64,000 bases of DNA from Thermoplasmata archaeon (GCA_021792255.1 JAJYUZ010000001.1:192001-256000), one strand, 5' to 3'; counted from the first letter of the stretch, positions 9,295 to 19,639 are shown. The notes: generated by a model not told the origin, from the sequence alone. Translations and numbers: made by a program.

Positions 9295-10859
9295 GTGTAT
9301 CTCCTCCTGCTTTCGATCTCTTCGACTTTGGCCAAGACTTCTCGATATCCTGAAAAGCTCCTGTAACCTTTCAGGAAAGAAACGAAGGAGTCGCCCCTGC
9401 CCAGTGCATTTAACGACTCTTTCATCAGATGAAGATCAACTCCAAGGTCCTCGAGTTCTGGATCCAACTCGCCCATGGATGGATCTATGAAATATATTTC
9501 TTTCCCCACAATAACGTTTCCAGCATTCAGATCCCCATGACTGACCCCATTTTCGTGCATTTTGGCGACCCTCTTCCCTACTTCCTGGAGGGTTTTGTTG
9601 AATCCGCTATCAGAAATACATTGGTTAAGTCCTTTTCCTCGTACCCTGGTCAGCGTGAGCGAAGAGTCGTCCAATTCCACGTAAAGAACGTCGGGAGAGT
9701 CAATTCCTATAGTCTTGAATGAATGAAGGAGTTTGACCTCTCGTTTAATTCTTGAGCTGTTTATGTTGTGGTTCAATTCTGGATTTCGGTACTCTCCGCC
9801 TCGTCTCTTCTTCACTAAGGCGTCTATTCCTTGGAATTTGGATAGCTCTACTACGCTCTCTCCACCTACCATCGCCCTTGGTTTCAGCCGTCTTTTACCT
9901 ATCCACCTGCTTTCTCTAGAATCGACCCTTTCTGTCTGTTCGAATCTGACGTTTTCTGAAGCCTTTATGTTACTCATAAATCCCGCAAGAGCTATCATAG
10001 CCCCATTATCGGACAGATATTCATCATCTGGGAAGTAGAAGCGATACCCTCTCATTCTAGCCATCCCTGCAAGCAGCTCTCTAAGTCTCCTGTTCCGTGC
10101 CACTCCTCCAGTTATACTGAATTCATTTAAACCGAAATGCGCCATCCCTCGTTCCACTATCTCCGCCAATGCGGTAAAGGCGTACTCCTGTGCGTTGAAT
10201 GCAATGTCCTCTCTCTTTTCAGTCCTGATCCTGTTTTTCAGATAGGTGTAAAGACCTGAGTATGAGACGTCCATTCCCTTGACAGTATATGGACAATCCA
10301 TTACTTTCTCACCTTTTTTGGCTAGATTTTCAAGTACCGGTGCACCAGGAAACGGTATCCCTAAGTCTCTGGCCAACTTGTCAAGGAAATTTCCGACTCC
10401 GATGTCAAGGGTTTCTCCCAGGACTGAGTACTTATGATCGCCTATTGTGATCAGCTGGGTATTCCCACCAGAGACGTACAGGAAAAGGGGATTTTTGAAG
10501 CCTGACATTTTTCGGGAAATTTCGAGATGTCCAACTCCGTGATTTACTGGCACCAGATCCTTGGAGTACCTTATGGAGAGGTACCTCGCTAGCTCAACCC
10601 CTGTTTTGAGGGAGGGACCGAGTCCCGGCCCCGTACTTACGGCAATCTTATCTATCTCACTGATTTTGACATTCTGCTTCTCCAGTAGATCAGAAAAAAG
10701 TTCTGGAAGTACGGTACGATGATGCTCAGCTGCATCTCTCGGATTAATTCCCCCCTTCAATGGTCTGTAGGAGTCTGATTTAAACCCCTTGATGTGACCA
10801 TCTTTCACTAGTCCAACAGATGCAGTATGCGCAGTACTTTCAATACCGATTACGAGCAT
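9291..10859 (-). CDS. kae1: Bifunctional Kae1 (t6A synthase) / Bud32 kinase fusion
   Basis: Kae1 motifs GIESTAH, GPGLGP, HxxxH, VSGGNT and DNGAMIA; C-terminal kinase motifs HGDL..GN and IDPSMG; ends RRRY. Confidence 0.95.
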   Translation of the reverse strand: MLVIGIESTAHTASVGLVKDGHIKGFKSDSYRPLKGGINPRDAAEHHRTVLPELFSDLLEKQNVKISEIDKIAVSTGPGLGPSLKTGVELARYLSIRYSKDLVPVNHGVGHLEISRKMSGFKNPLFLYVSGGNTQLITIGDHKYSVLGETLDIGVGNFLDKLARDLGIPFPGAPVLENLAKKGEKVMDCPYTVKGMDVSYSGLYTYLKNRIRTEKREDIAFNAQEYAFTALAEIVERGMAHFGLNEFSITGGVARNRRLRELLAGMARMRGYRFYFPDDEYLSDNGAMIALAGFMSNIKASENVRFEQTERVDSRESRWIGKRRLKPRAMVGGESVVELSKFQGIDALVKKRRGGEYRNPELNHNINSSRIKREVKLLHSFKTIGIDSPDVLYVELDDSSLTLTRVRGKGLNQCISDSGFNKTLQEVGKRVAKMHENGVSHGDLNAGNVIVGKEIYFIDPSMGELDPELEDLGVDLHLMKESLNALGRGDSFVSFLKGYRSFSGYREVLAKVEEIESRRRYT

Positions 10860-10956
10860 TATTGTCTACTGAAGGGAGTTTTATCTGGAATAAAATAGTT
10901 CCAGCCACTTCACTCTCAGCCCTAAGAATACTATCCAATCTCAAACGATCTGTGAA

Positions 10957-11172
10957 TCACTTCTGAGATATTCTTACTACGTTACTCCCTCTCAGGATCA
11001 CGGTGCCTAACTTTCTTTTGTTCGTCTCCGTTACCTCTTCCGTGTTGGAAATCACTATGTTCATATAGTCATCGTAGCTTTCTAGCACGCCCTCAAGGAC
11101 TGTATTGTCCTTTAGCAAGAGAGAGATTGGTTTTTGCATCATATTCTGCATAACTGCCATCGGTACTGCCAT
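10957..11172 (-). CDS. Sm-like (Lsm/SmAP) protein
   Basis: Sm1 motif G.L.SYDDYMN and Sm2 motif ILRGSNV; GGTGA RBS upstream. Confidence 0.92.
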   Translation of the reverse strand: MAVPMAVMQNMMQKPISLLLKDNTVLEGVLESYDDYMNIVISNTEEVTETNKRKLGTVILRGSNVVRISQK

Positions 11173-11182
11173 CTTAATTCAC

Positions 11183-11344
11183 CTAGGTGTATTCGTAGTA
11201 ATCGTCTTCTTCTTCGTTCTCCATTACTACTTGGAGAAGCCCCCTCAAAATAACCTTCATATTCTCGACTTCCTTTCTGAGATGTCTTACTTCAACATCC
11301 AGCTTTTCTACGCTTGCGTTATTTTCTCTGCTGTCTATCTGCAT
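11183..11344 (-). CDS. 53-aa putative coiled-coil microprotein with acidic tail (not in the ORF track)
   Basis: Manual translation gives [53 protein letters not shown]. It fills the csl4-Lsm gap on the operon strand. Confidence 0.65.
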   Translation of the reverse strand: MQIDSRENNASVEKLDVEVRHLRKEVENMKVILRGLLQVVMENEEEDDYYEYT

Positions 11345-11909
11345 TTTTTATCAACCCTTCGGAGATTTCTCCATATTTATTCGAGACTTTTCTCGTCTCG
11401 TTTTTCTGACAATACGTACAGTAAAGACCGCTATTAATCCTTTGCAGAGGCTTCCTGCACTTGGAGCAAAAAGCGTAGAGGACTCCTTCGTCAGGAGGCT
11501 CAAGTGTCAGATCAATCTTCCCCCTCGTCGAAACGACTTTCCCTCTTACTACATCTCTCGCTTTTAAAACCTTTGAACACTGATCGAGGTAGTGCCCGGT
11601 GATTCTGCTTGCGTGTACCAGAGCCCTCGTTTTAATAACGTACACTTTTCCAGTTTTTATCAGATACTCTCCAGCAACTATTACGAGAGGCTCATTTATT
11701 TCAGTGATGACTCCTATTATCTCGTCGCCAGGTTGTACAACTACGCTCTCCTCTTTTCCCTTGACTCTGATTCTATAATCAGATCCGACTTCTACATCAC
11801 CCACGTTCGAAGAATAGACTCTACCGTCCTCTTCGTACGTTCCAGTCCCAGCTATGAACTCTTCTTCGGTGCCTAAGTATTCTCCCGGTAATACTAACCT
11901 ACCTACCAT
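11319..11909 (-). CDS. csl4: Exosome complex RNA-binding protein Csl4
   Basis: N-terminal [13 protein letters not shown], an S1 domain, and a C-terminal CSKC...CTYC...ETRKVS zinc ribbon. Confidence 0.92.
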   Translation of the reverse strand: MVGRLVLPGEYLGTEEEFIAGTGTYEEDGRVYSSNVGDVEVGSDYRIRVKGKEESVVVQPGDEIIGVITEINEPLVIVAGEYLIKTGKVYVIKTRALVHASRITGHYLDQCSKVLKARDVVRGKVVSTRGKIDLTLEPPDEGVLYAFCSKCRKPLQRINSGLYCTYCQKNETRKVSNKYGEISEGLIKNADRQQRK

Positions 11910-12499
11910 GTTTTCACCTTTGCCATTCTAGATTCTATCATCTTGATCTCTTTCCTGTGGAAATCATAAGAATGAGTCAGTGGAATTTCGACCTTTTCCT
12001 CCCACGAAATCTCTCCTCTCCCCTCTATGATCCTTTCCAAGAAATCGCCAGCTTTGTAATTAAGCAGAATATAAAAATCTTTAGAGAGCTCGAGTGCCTT
12101 CTCAATGAACGGGACGTCAGCATCTCTTCTCTGACTTCCAAATGGAGGGTTCATTAAGACCGTATCCACTTGGGTATTGAACTCTCTTATGTCGTATACC
12201 ATAAATTCGACTTCTTTTCCCGCACTTATGGAATTCTTTCTTGCTATTTTTACTGCGTTAGGGTCGTTGTCTATTGCATAGACCTTTCTCGCCCCAAGCA
12301 GGGCTGCGCCTATTGCAAAAATACCATTGCCACATCCGAAATCGGCTATTACTTTGTCAGCTATGCATCCATCACTTAGTGCTCTATACAGCATTCTAGC
12401 AGCTAGCGAAGGCGAAGTGGGGTACTGCTCCAGATGTACTTTCGGGGTTTCGATCTTCTTGAGCTTCGACAATTCTATCTCTAGTGAAACTTGTTTCAT
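11903..12499 (-). CDS. METTL5-family RNA methyltransferase (probable start MKQVSLE at 12499)
   Basis: Motifs LEQYPT, DFGCGNG and NPPFG; GAGGAG RBS before ATG 12499. Confidence 0.9.
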   Translation of the reverse strand: MKQVSLEIELSKLKKIETPKVHLEQYPTSPSLAARMLYRALSDGCIADKVIADFGCGNGIFAIGAALLGARKVYAIDNDPNAVKIARKNSISAGKEVEFMVYDIREFNTQVDTVLMNPPFGSQRRDADVPFIEKALELSKDFYILLNYKAGDFLERIIEGRGEISWEEKVEIPLTHSYDFHRKEIKMIESRMAKVKTW

Positions 12500-12687
12500 A
12501 AACTCCTCATTGGAGAAACCCATAACTGGACAGGAAATGTTCTCGACGGTCACCGCGTACCACTCTCCCTAATATTGCTAGCGTTGTCAATCCAGCTGGG
12601 TATGGCAATCGTCGATAAAAATGAAGTGGACGGTCTCTGACCTACAATTGGACAAGTCTGGGTCATCCAGTGTCTGGTCAATATTTT

Positions 12688-12960
12688 CTATTCTAGCACA
12701 GTTTTGACCAAATCTCTAGCGTCTCTTTCTGCTTCTTCCTTTGACTCTCCCTTTAATTTAAGGAGGGCAGTTATGTACTTCTCTGCGCGTGAGAGCTTCC
12801 AGGTGCTTCTTTCGTGTACTATCTTCACTATGACCTCTGCTATATCGCTGTCGACCTCAAGTCCGAATTTTTCCTTTATTCTTATCTGCCAAAGCTTAAT
12901 TAGAAAGCGGGGGACGTAGTCTCCCTCTCTCTTTAATTTCTGGTAGATTCCACTGCTCAT
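12688..12960 (-). CDS. Hypothetical helical protein (90 aa)
   Basis: ATG start, TATA-like TTTAAATA upstream and protein-like composition; no family recognised. Confidence 0.6.
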   Translation of the reverse strand: MSSGIYQKLKREGDYVPRFLIKLWQIRIKEKFGLEVDSDIAEVIVKIVHERSTWKLSRAEKYITALLKLKGESKEEAERDARDLVKTVLE

Positions 12961-13028
12961 TGTATTTCAATCTGCTCATTATTTAAATAGCTTATGGAAC
13001 AATTTTCTAACGGCCTTCATTTATGGTT

Positions 13029-13946
13029 CTATCGTATCACTTTTTTGAGTATGATTTTCTCTGCGTGGAGCCTATTCTCAGCTTCCTCGAAGATTACGCT
13101 GTTCTTCGAGTCCGCGACACGATTAGTCACTTCAAGCCCGCGGTGTGCTGGCAAGCAGTGCATGAAAATGTAATCCTTCTTAGCCAGGGATACCATCTTC
13201 TCGTTTATCTGGTAGCTCTTGAACGCCTTCTCCTTTTTTTCCTTCTCTTTCTCTTCCCCCATCGAAACCCAGACGTCCGTGTAGACCACATCTGCATTTC
13301 TAACAGCTTCTCTGTAATCGTTCGTCACTTCCATCTCCGACTTGTGCTTCCTAGCAAGAGATTTTGAATCTCTTATGAACCGTTCAGATGGTTCATACCC
13401 TTCAGGAGTAGCGATCCAGAAATCTGCTCCGACGAGGCCCGCTCCGAGCATAAGAGAGTTGGCGGTATTGTTTCCATCGCCCACGTAAGCGATCTTCAGA
13501 CCACTAAAGTGCCCTTTCCTCTCTTTTATGGTCATGAAATCAGCAACGATTTGGGTAGGGTGTTCGAGATCGTCTAACCCGTTTATAACCGGAATAGATG
13601 AATTCTCGGCCAATTCCACGACGTTCTTGTGCTCGAAAGCTCTGTATAGAATAGCATCGACCATGCCTGATAATACCCTGGCTGTGTCTGCTACCGTTTC
13701 ACCGCGTCCCATTTGCATGTCACGGGGCGAAAGGTAAATTGCGTGGCCCCCTAGCTGAGTCATTGCGGTCTCAAAACTAACTCTTGTTCTCGTGGACGCT
13801 TTTTCGAAGATCATTCCGAGGGTCTTCCTGTCCATTGAAGAATCCTTCCTGCCTTGCTTGAAATTCCTCTTCAATTTTATTCCATCGTCTATGAATTCTC
13901 CGAAGTCATTCTTCATATCCAGAACGGAAATTATGTCCCTTTTCAT
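13029..13946 (-). CDS. argF: Ornithine carbamoyltransferase
   Basis: Motifs STRTR, HPTQ, TDVWVSMG, HCLP and AENR. Confidence 0.95.
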   Translation of the reverse strand: MKRDIISVLDMKNDFGEFIDDGIKLKRNFKQGRKDSSMDRKTLGMIFEKASTRTRVSFETAMTQLGGHAIYLSPRDMQMGRGETVADTARVLSGMVDAILYRAFEHKNVVELAENSSIPVINGLDDLEHPTQIVADFMTIKERKGHFSGLKIAYVGDGNNTANSLMLGAGLVGADFWIATPEGYEPSERFIRDSKSLARKHKSEMEVTNDYREAVRNADVVYTDVWVSMGEEKEKEKKEKAFKSYQINEKMVSLAKKDYIFMHCLPAHRGLEVTNRVADSKNSVIFEEAENRLHAEKIILKKVIR

Positions 13947-14809
13947 TGCAGCAGCTCCTTTAAAAGAATAGGAATTTCATATGGATAAGATGCGACTCTT
14001 ACACCTGCGTCTTCTAGCGCCTTCACCTTTGATTCGGCGGTGCCCTTTCCCCTCGAGATTATTGCCCCGGCATGTCCCATTCTTTTCCCAGGAGGAGCAC
14101 TCCTTCCGGTAATGTAGCTCGCAACTGGCTTATTGAATTTTGATTTAATGTACTCTGCTGCCTCTTCTTCGGCAGTTCCCCCTATCTCGCCCACCATAGC
14201 TACCGCCTCCGTTTGCTCGTCTTTCTTGAATTCTTCCAGGGCGTCTATGTAGTTCATACCCGTCACTGGATCTCCACCCAGACCCACCACGGTACTTTCT
14301 CCTAGTCCGTTAGTAGTAATCTGGTTCACGATCTCATAAGTAAGAGTTCCACTCCTAGAGATTACCCCTATGTTACCTTTCTTGAATATCTGGTTAGGCA
14401 TTATTCCCAGCTTACAGGTGAAAGGCGAAGTGACCCCGGGACCGTTGGGGCCAATGACCTTCTTTCCTAGCTTATTTGCAAGACTGACGATTCTCATAGT
14501 GTCTTGATAGGGAACCTTCTCCGTCAAGATGTAGATTAGATCTATCCCGTTGTACATTGCTTCCTTTGCAGCGTCCAGCACGTAGGGTGCTGCAACAGAT
14601 ATGAATGTTGCGTTCGGTTCTTCTTTCATAGCATCAAGAACGGTGTTGTAGACTTTAATACCGTTCACTTCTGTACCGCCCTTTCCGGGCGATGTTCCGG
14701 CAACGACTCTTGATCCAAACTTCTGCATTTGGATTGCGTTGAAAGATCCCTGGTGACCAGTAATTCCCTGGACCAGAATCCTGGTGTCTTCATCAACAAG
14801 AATGCTCAT
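13943..14809 (-). CDS. sucD: Succinyl-CoA synthetase alpha subunit
   Basis: Motifs QGITG, GPNGPG, SRSGTLTYE, GEIGG and RMGHAGA. Confidence 0.95.
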   Translation of the reverse strand: MSILVDEDTRILVQGITGHQGSFNAIQMQKFGSRVVAGTSPGKGGTEVNGIKVYNTVLDAMKEEPNATFISVAAPYVLDAAKEAMYNGIDLIYILTEKVPYQDTMRIVSLANKLGKKVIGPNGPGVTSPFTCKLGIMPNQIFKKGNIGVISRSGTLTYEIVNQITTNGLGESTVVGLGGDPVTGMNYIDALEEFKKDEQTEAVAMVGEIGGTAEEEAAEYIKSKFNKPVASYITGRSAPPGKRMGHAGAIISRGKGTAESKVKALEDAGVRVASYPYEIPILLKELLQ

Positions 14810-14811
14810 TT

Positions 14812-15912
14812 CTAATTCACCACCTTCACAGTTTCCTTTATAGCATCCATCATGTCCGAATAAGCCTCTATGCCATTCTCCTTCAGAATTTTTCTTCCAA
14901 GGTCCTCGTTCACACCAGACAACCTCACAACTATCGGGACGTCTATCCCCACTCTCTTCTTTGCCTCTGCTATTCCATTTGCAACGGTATCACAGTGAGT
15001 GACTCCGCCAAAAATATTGATCAATATCCCTCTGATCTTTGCTTCCTTCAGTATCTGGAAGGCACCAACTACTTTCTCTATATCGTCGCTTCCACCCAGA
15101 TCAAGGAAGTTCTTTGGTTTTAATCCTTTAAGAGTAAGACCATCCAGAGTAGCCATTGTCAGACCTGCGCCGTTCGCAATGACTCCTATATCTCCGCCCA
15201 GTTCCACGAGGGCGTACCCTCTCTTGTACGCGAGTTCCTCCAGTTCCGTCCTCTCCGCCGGATTTTCAGATAAATCCTTGTGCCTGAAGAGTGAGTCTGA
15301 ATCGACTATGACCTTGGCGTCGCCCGCAATTATTTTTCCATCCTTCAACACAACGAGTGGATTTATCTCCACTAGCTCGCAGTCGTAGCCTTCGTAAAGT
15401 GCATAGATCTTTGACAGGATGTCCTGAAATTGCTTAGATTCTTCCGGAGAAAGGCCTAGTTTGAATGATACCTCCCTCCCGATGAATTGGGAATAACTCA
15501 GAGTCGGGTCTATCCAGTACTTGACTATCTTCGAGTCTGGTACATCTTCAATTTCCACTCCACCAGAGGTAGATGCAATCACGATGGGTCTCTTCGTGCT
15601 TCTGTCTAGTGTAATGGAAAGATAGTACTCCTTCTCGATGTTCAGCTTCTCCTCCAGAAGAAGGCTCCTCACTTTCAATCCCTTAATACTCATCGCAAGA
15701 ATCTCCTCTCCCTTCTCTAGGAGTTCTTTAGAATCATTCGCAAATTTGATCCCGCCTGCTTTTCCTCTCCCACCAGTGAGCACCTGTGCCTTTATTACTA
15801 CTGGGAATTTGTCCCATTGAAGATCTGCCTTGCTAACGACGTGTCTCCCCGAAGGAATCGGTACGCCGTATTTCTTGAAAAGTTCCTTTGCCTGATATTC
15901 GTATAGGTTCAT
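14812..15912 (-). CDS. sucC: Succinyl-CoA synthetase beta subunit
   Basis: Motifs LYEYQAK, KAQVLTGGRGKAGG, EINPL, NGAGL and NFLDLGG. Confidence 0.95.
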   Translation of the reverse strand: MNLYEYQAKELFKKYGVPIPSGRHVVSKADLQWDKFPVVIKAQVLTGGRGKAGGIKFANDSKELLEKGEEILAMSIKGLKVRSLLLEEKLNIEKEYYLSITLDRSTKRPIVIASTSGGVEIEDVPDSKIVKYWIDPTLSYSQFIGREVSFKLGLSPEESKQFQDILSKIYALYEGYDCELVEINPLVVLKDGKIIAGDAKVIVDSDSLFRHKDLSENPAERTELEELAYKRGYALVELGGDIGVIANGAGLTMATLDGLTLKGLKPKNFLDLGGSDDIEKVVGAFQILKEAKIRGILINIFGGVTHCDTVANGIAEAKKRVGIDVPIVVRLSGVNEDLGRKILKENGIEAYSDMMDAIKETVKVVN

Positions 15913-15946
15913 TAATTATCGGAACGAGATAGACGAATATTATAAA

Positions 15947-18310
15947 TCAGTTATCGTTTGCTGTCCTCTGGACCAGTTTTTCGTTTATCTGTAATCTCTC
16001 TAGTCCATTCTTGATCGCTCTTGCAGCTTCGGGCACCTTTTCTTTACTCAGGAATTCATCGACGATGTTCCTGTTTCCTATACCGCCTACTGCAATGAGC
16101 TCCTCAATATATCGAGACACAGTACTGCTCCCCACAAAGATTTCCCTCACGCCATCTAAATTAGCAGAGGTCCACCTCCAGAGCTCCTTTCTGTAAGCCT
16201 TGTTGGATATCGCGCTGAACATCGAGTAGATGAAATTGCCCCGGTACACCGGTATTGATCTTACGTAGTCAAGGAACTGAGAAACTTCTTCGTTTTTCGG
16301 GGAGTGAGTCAGTGCGTTCATGACTCTGATCGATTCCATATCGTTTTCAGGGGCCTTGAGCATGTTCCAAAGGATTTCCTTGTTGAATTGATCCATGGAT
16401 GCTGATAATAGAACAGCAGTCCTTTCTTCAGGTGGCACCTTCGAGTAGTCGTTTATCTTTAGTTTTTCACTCGACCTGAACTCTTTGTCGTTGAAGGCAA
16501 GTTCAGTCAATATCCTTTCCAGTATCACTTTAGAATTCTCTTCTTGTGTATCTTTGAAAACAACCAGTTTCTCTCTCAGGTAATTTACTACAATCTCGTT
16601 CAGGGATGTTGATTCTAGGATATTAGTCAGCTCGGCAAATATTTCCGCTAACCTCAGAACTATGCTATATTCGTTTCTCTTCTTCACCTTGTCAGCGATA
16701 GAGAGAAATTGTTGCAAATCAATGGTTCCAGACAGCAGGAAGGCGTAATAATCGTCTATCAGTTTCATCACAAATTCGGATGACGGACTTTCCGAAAGCA
16801 TTCTGTCGGTCAGGTTTCCCTCGAACAATACTCTGTAGTATCCCTCTCCATTTGGGTTGATAGACAGACCTCCCGCATTCTTGATCTTCTTCTCTTTTTT
16901 CTTTAAAAGTATCTTTCCCCTTTTTCCGGATCTTTCTAGGAAGACCGGGACCTGCCATAGATATGGGTCCTCGTTTGTCAGATAAGAGAATTTCTGCTGG
17001 TTTAGGACAAGATCGCCATTTTCCTCCCTGACCCTCAGCAGAGGCAATCCACCCTTTTCGAGCCACGATTTCATGAGACTGCTTACGTCTATCTTACTAG
17101 CCTCGGACAAAGATGTCCAGAGATCCTCCCCAGATGCGTTTGAATACTCGTGATTCTTGAGATATTGGTATATTCCCTCTCTGTATTTCCTCTCCCCAAT
17201 AAACTGTTCAGTCATTCTTAATATAGATGCACCTTTTCCGTAGCTGATATCATCGAATATTTCGGATATTTCATCTGGGTCTTTGACTTCAACTCTTATC
17301 GGGTGTGTGGTCAGTAATCCGTCCTTCCGCATCGACGATAACGTTTCTTCCCTCTGAAAGTCTTCCCACAGGTTCCAGTCCTTGTGCACTTTCGATAGAA
17401 TTTTGAAACCGACGAAGGTAGCAAACGATTCGTTAAGCCACAAGTCATCCCACCACTTCATGGTTACTAAGTCGCCGAACCACTGGTGAGCGAACTCGTG
17501 CGATACCACATAGGCTATCTCCTTTTTGCTCCTGAAACTCACGGAATTATTGACCAGAAGGGCGATTTCTCTGAACGTTATCGCCCCCCAGTTCTCCATT
17601 GCTCCTGCACCAAATTGAGGAAGGGCGACAAGGTGCATCTTTGGAAGGGGAAACTTGATCTTGTAATATGCCTCGTACTTAGTAAATAGCTTGCTCAGTA
17701 GATTAAGTGAGAATTTACCTTCCTTGGCCTTCCCTGGAGAGGTCGCAACGTACAGAACCCTGTCCTTGCTTTTTTTGGATATCACATCGAACTTTCCTAT
17801 TCCTATGTAGATAAGATAAGTTGACATTGCGGGAGTTTCTTCGAAGACAAAGTGGGCTCTTCCATTCCCCACTTCCCTCAGTACTGGGCGAGTGTTAAAG
17901 ATCGCCTCTACCTCGTCGTCAACACTTATCTCAACTTTAAATTTGGCCTTAGCGGCGGGTTCGTCAATACATGGAAAGACGGACCTGGCTCCGGTGGGCT
18001 CCATCTGGGTGGTAATGATGTGTCCTGTTTCGTACTTGGCATCGTGAATGCCCATAAGCGAAGTCTCCGAAACAGTACCGGAAAAATTAATGGTTATCTC
18101 GCTTCCGTCGACTGGTCCAATCAGTAATTTTTTTTCGTTCACGCTGAACGACGAATTCCTGCCATCTACACTTATCGAATTCACTTTAAGATTATCAGCG
18201 TTAAATTCTACAGTTCCAGAAAACTTTCCCTTCACGATTTCTATGCATTCATACTTGAGTTCCTTAAATTTAAAACTAAATTTCAGATCATAAGATCCTA
18301 TGCTGTACAT
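15947..18310 (-). CDS. M1 family aminopeptidase (tricorn-interacting factor F2/F3-like); probable start ATG 18310
   Basis: Motifs GAMENWG, HEFAHQW...E (WLNES) and YGKG. Confidence 0.92.
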   Translation of the reverse strand: MYSIGSYDLKFSFKFKELKYECIEIVKGKFSGTVEFNADNLKVNSISVDGRNSSFSVNEKKLLIGPVDGSEITINFSGTVSETSLMGIHDAKYETGHIITTQMEPTGARSVFPCIDEPAAKAKFKVEISVDDEVEAIFNTRPVLREVGNGRAHFVFEETPAMSTYLIYIGIGKFDVISKKSKDRVLYVATSPGKAKEGKFSLNLLSKLFTKYEAYYKIKFPLPKMHLVALPQFGAGAMENWGAITFREIALLVNNSVSFRSKKEIAYVVSHEFAHQWFGDLVTMKWWDDLWLNESFATFVGFKILSKVHKDWNLWEDFQREETLSSMRKDGLLTTHPIRVEVKDPDEISEIFDDISYGKGASILRMTEQFIGERKYREGIYQYLKNHEYSNASGEDLWTSLSEASKIDVSSLMKSWLEKGGLPLLRVREENGDLVLNQQKFSYLTNEDPYLWQVPVFLERSGKRGKILLKKKEKKIKNAGGLSINPNGEGYYRVLFEGNLTDRMLSESPSSEFVMKLIDDYYAFLLSGTIDLQQFLSIADKVKKRNEYSIVLRLAEIFAELTNILESTSLNEIVVNYLREKLVVFKDTQEENSKVILERILTELAFNDKEFRSSEKLKINDYSKVPPEERTAVLLSASMDQFNKEILWNMLKAPENDMESIRVMNALTHSPKNEEVSQFLDYVRSIPVYRGNFIYSMFSAISNKAYRKELWRWTSANLDGVREIFVGSSTVSRYIEELIAVGGIGNRNIVDEFLSKEKVPEAARAIKNGLERLQINEKLVQRTANDN

Positions 18311-18419
18311 GAGGTATCGATTATGACAGTAAGTATAATTGCTTTTCTGTACGAAGAAATCTAAAAATTGCAGTACATACAAAAGAGACTAAAAAATAAA
18401 AAATTGAAAATTTTGGAGA

Positions 18420-19568
18420 TTACTTCTTCCTTGCACTTTGCCTCATTAGAACGGCTGCAATTCCGATTGCAACTACTGCTACGATTCCAACGACGATCAG
18501 AACGTTATTTCCTGAAATCAAAGTTGGTGATGCAGCTGCGTTTGACACCGACAACACATTTGCAGAGGTTGGAATCGCATTCCCGTTCGTAGTTATAGCA
18601 GCGCTGGGATCAGTCTTCAGTTTGATTGTATAGTTTGCTCCATTCATGTTCATTGTCGAGTTTAGCGAATAACTCGAGCTAATGTTGTAGAAGAAGGTCG
18701 TGCTGTTCGTAGAGCTATCGTAGACCCGAGTCCACTTCTCTAGCGGTACCGAAAATACCCCGAAGTTTATGGTCTGGTAGTTCATCACATTGGTACCGAA
18801 TCCATCTCCCTGGAACAGAGAGCCCAGTTGGAAGAAACCCATTCCCTGATTGTCTTCACCAAAGCTTCCAGAGTCTCCTAACTGATTAACGTCCATGTTC
18901 GTGTTGACGTCAGTCTGAATGCTCTGCCCCATCGCGGGATCTTGGTACATCAGTTTGCCCTTAAAGCTACTCATTAGCTGCCCTTGGACCCCAAACGCTC
19001 TCCAAGACATGTCAATGATCGTTGTGTTGTTTCCGACTTTCTTTGTGATGTTAGACACCTTAAGGGTGATTGTCAGGTTTCTATAGACCGTTAGATTGGT
19101 CGCGTTGGCAAATGCGTGAAGTTGGTACCTCAAAGTGGCGTTCACGACGTGTACCGCTGGCAAATTGGTGGTGTTTGTCGTTGAGTTGAACGTGGTGTTC
19201 GTAGAATTATCAGATGTTGAGTTCGAACCATCAGTCGAGTTTGTTGAATTGGTTTCGTCGCTCATTGCAACGATGCTCTCGGACTGGTTCTGATATCCCT
19301 GATGATTGTTCATGTCTTCGCCTAGCATCTGTTTCCCGCTAGAATTGAGGTAAGACGTTGCGTTAAGCCATACTACAGTTCCATTCAATTGATTCGATGT
19401 GGAGCTGTTGTTTGGGTAGGTATAGTACAGTACATAGTTGCTCGTCGCATTAACATAACCCTCATTAGTCTTGGTGTTTATTGTTGCGTGAATCACCGTT
19501 GCAGAGGTTAAGGGTACTGCTAATAGAACAGCAACTAGCACTAGAGTCAGTATTATTGCACTCCTCAT
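18420..19568 (-). CDS. Secreted, C-terminally anchored Asn/Thr/Ser-rich surface glycoprotein
   Basis: Signal peptide, more than 20 N-x-S/T sequons, and a C-terminal TM helix with a basic tail. Confidence 0.75.
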   Translation of the reverse strand: MRSAIILTLVLVAVLLAVPLTSATVIHATINTKTNEGYVNATSNYVLYYTYPNNSSTSNQLNGTVVWLNATSYLNSSGKQMLGEDMNNHQGYQNQSESIVAMSDETNSTNSTDGSNSTSDNSTNTTFNSTTNTTNLPAVHVVNATLRYQLHAFANATNLTVYRNLTITLKVSNITKKVGNNTTIIDMSWRAFGVQGQLMSSFKGKLMYQDPAMGQSIQTDVNTNMDVNQLGDSGSFGEDNQGMGFFQLGSLFQGDGFGTNVMNYQTINFGVFSVPLEKWTRVYDSSTNSTTFFYNISSSYSLNSTMNMNGANYTIKLKTDPSAAITTNGNAIPTSANVLSVSNAAASPTLISGNNVLIVVGIVAVVAIGIAAVLMRQSARKK

Positions 19569-19639
19569 ACTACTAAGACTAATGCTTATATTAACTAATT
19601 ATTGGTACAACATTCTAAAAGTAGTACAATTTTCAAACG

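Noticed and set aside
9291-10859. Kae1-Bud32 fusion and DPSMG in place of DFG
   Set aside because: The fusion is well known in euryarchaea, and I recall this variant from Thermoplasmata; not novel.
12621-12670. Possible box C/D sRNA (ATGAAG...CTGA)
   Set aside because: The C box is imperfect and there is no convincing C'/terminal D pair or identifiable guide target.
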